A stretch of DNA of 64,000 bases from Fidelibacterota bacterium (GTDB lineage Bacteria > Fidelibacterota > Marinisomatia > SCGC-AAA003-L08 > JACNLC01), in contig JABMOW010000147.1 in NCBI GenBank assembly GCA_013204025.1, forward strand, positions 7,742 through 71,741, given 5' to 3'. This document shows positions 63,476-64,000 of this stretch, piece after piece. The first letter of the stretch is position 1. Each line of letters opens with the position of its first letter. The translations under genes were made by a program, and so were the position numbers. The notes under the pieces are model-generated. The model saw nothing but the letters and a program-made list of their open reading frames with translations, had not been told where the DNA came from and did no database searches.

Positions 63476-63481
63476 AGTTTA
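63476..63481 (-). promoter_or_regulatory. Putative -10 box TAAACT, 7 nt before the ATG of the DAACS gene (leaderless)
   Basis: Minus strand reads TAAACT-TATCCTC-ATG; no SD. Confidence 0.4.
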
Positions 63482-63590
63482 AGACGCGAATGAATTACTA
63501 TAAAAGGGGAAATACTCTTAATATTCCCGATGGATAATTTGATTGGAATACCCTTGCCTTATTAACTTTGGTACAGGAAAGGAGAAAATC

Positions 63591-64000
63591 ATGGATCATC
63601 AGATACCGGGAAATATCCGAAAACCGGCGGTAGCAGGAATGTTTTATCCTGATAACGCAACTGAATTGAAAAGTGCAGTTGAAGGATATTTATCACATCA
63701 GCCGATTGAGAAAGATATAGCGCCTTCTATCCTCATTGTTCCTCATGCCGGATATATTTACTCCGGTGTCGTAGCGGGTAAAGCATTTGATCTTCTTCAA
63801 AATATGCCAAATTCGTACACTCATGTGGCAATTATGGGTCCGCCTCATCGAGTGTATCTCGATAAAATTGCTATTTCGTCAGCAAAAGCATTTTCAACTC
63901 CGTTAGGGCGTATCCAAGTAGATCATGATCGGTTAGATCAGCTTAAAGCCAAACTGGATTCAATCGTTGTATCTGATAATGCTCACCTGAAAGAACATTG
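63591..64000 (+). CDS. amrB: AmmeMemoRadiSam system protein B (MEMO1 family), 5' part only
   Basis: SD AGGAG, then MDHQIPGNIRKPAVAGMFYP..VPHAGYIYSG..GPPH..TPLG..AHLKEH; runs off the window end; not in the ORF track. Confidence 0.9.
   Translation, partial: MDHQIPGNIRKPAVAGMFYPDNATELKSAVEGYLSHQPIEKDIAPSILIVPHAGYIYSGVVAGKAFDLLQNMPNSYTHVAIMGPPHRVYLDKIAISSAKAFSTPLGRIQVDHDRLDQLKAKLDSIVVSDNAHLKEH

Noticed and set aside
1-64000. CRISPR arrays, tRNA/rRNA genes, IS elements, known riboswitches
   Set aside because: All intergenic gaps are under about 230 bp and none showed repeat-spacer periodicity, tRNA motifs or transposases. A covariance-model scan was not possible.

Overview
An AT-rich, gene-dense 64-kb stretch of core bacterial chromosome. 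Gene content and order (tilS-hpt-ftsH-folP, prfB-lysS-lolCE-lolD-clpC-dnaK, efp-accB-accC-gcvH-gcvPA, yajC-def-fmt-PASTA-rpe, group II GGGP synthase, TamAB, MoxR/DUF58) suggest a diderm of the FCB superphylum, possibly Ca. Marinimicrobia; this assignment is an inference. Almost all genes are on the + strand in tightly coupled operons. I found no rRNA, tRNA, CRISPR array, prophage or IS. Reading the raw sequence recovered features missing from the ORF track: partial nth-like and amrB genes at the edges, the prfB +1 frameshift, a metallo-beta-lactamase gene whose metal motif lies upstream of any ATG/GTG/TTG, a 48-aa single-TM ORF behind a site-2 protease, and a 46-codon ORF with repeats in the def-fmt spacer. 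The best candidates for undescribed biology are (1) a mutase / YbdK ligase / archaeal-type class II GAPDH-like / MBL hydrolase cluster, (2) the S2P plus small TM protein pair, (3) the def-fmt spacer element, (4) GGGP synthase plus a prenol kinase, and (5) apparently leaderless minus-strand genes. All functional claims are hypotheses from motif reading, with no database searches.
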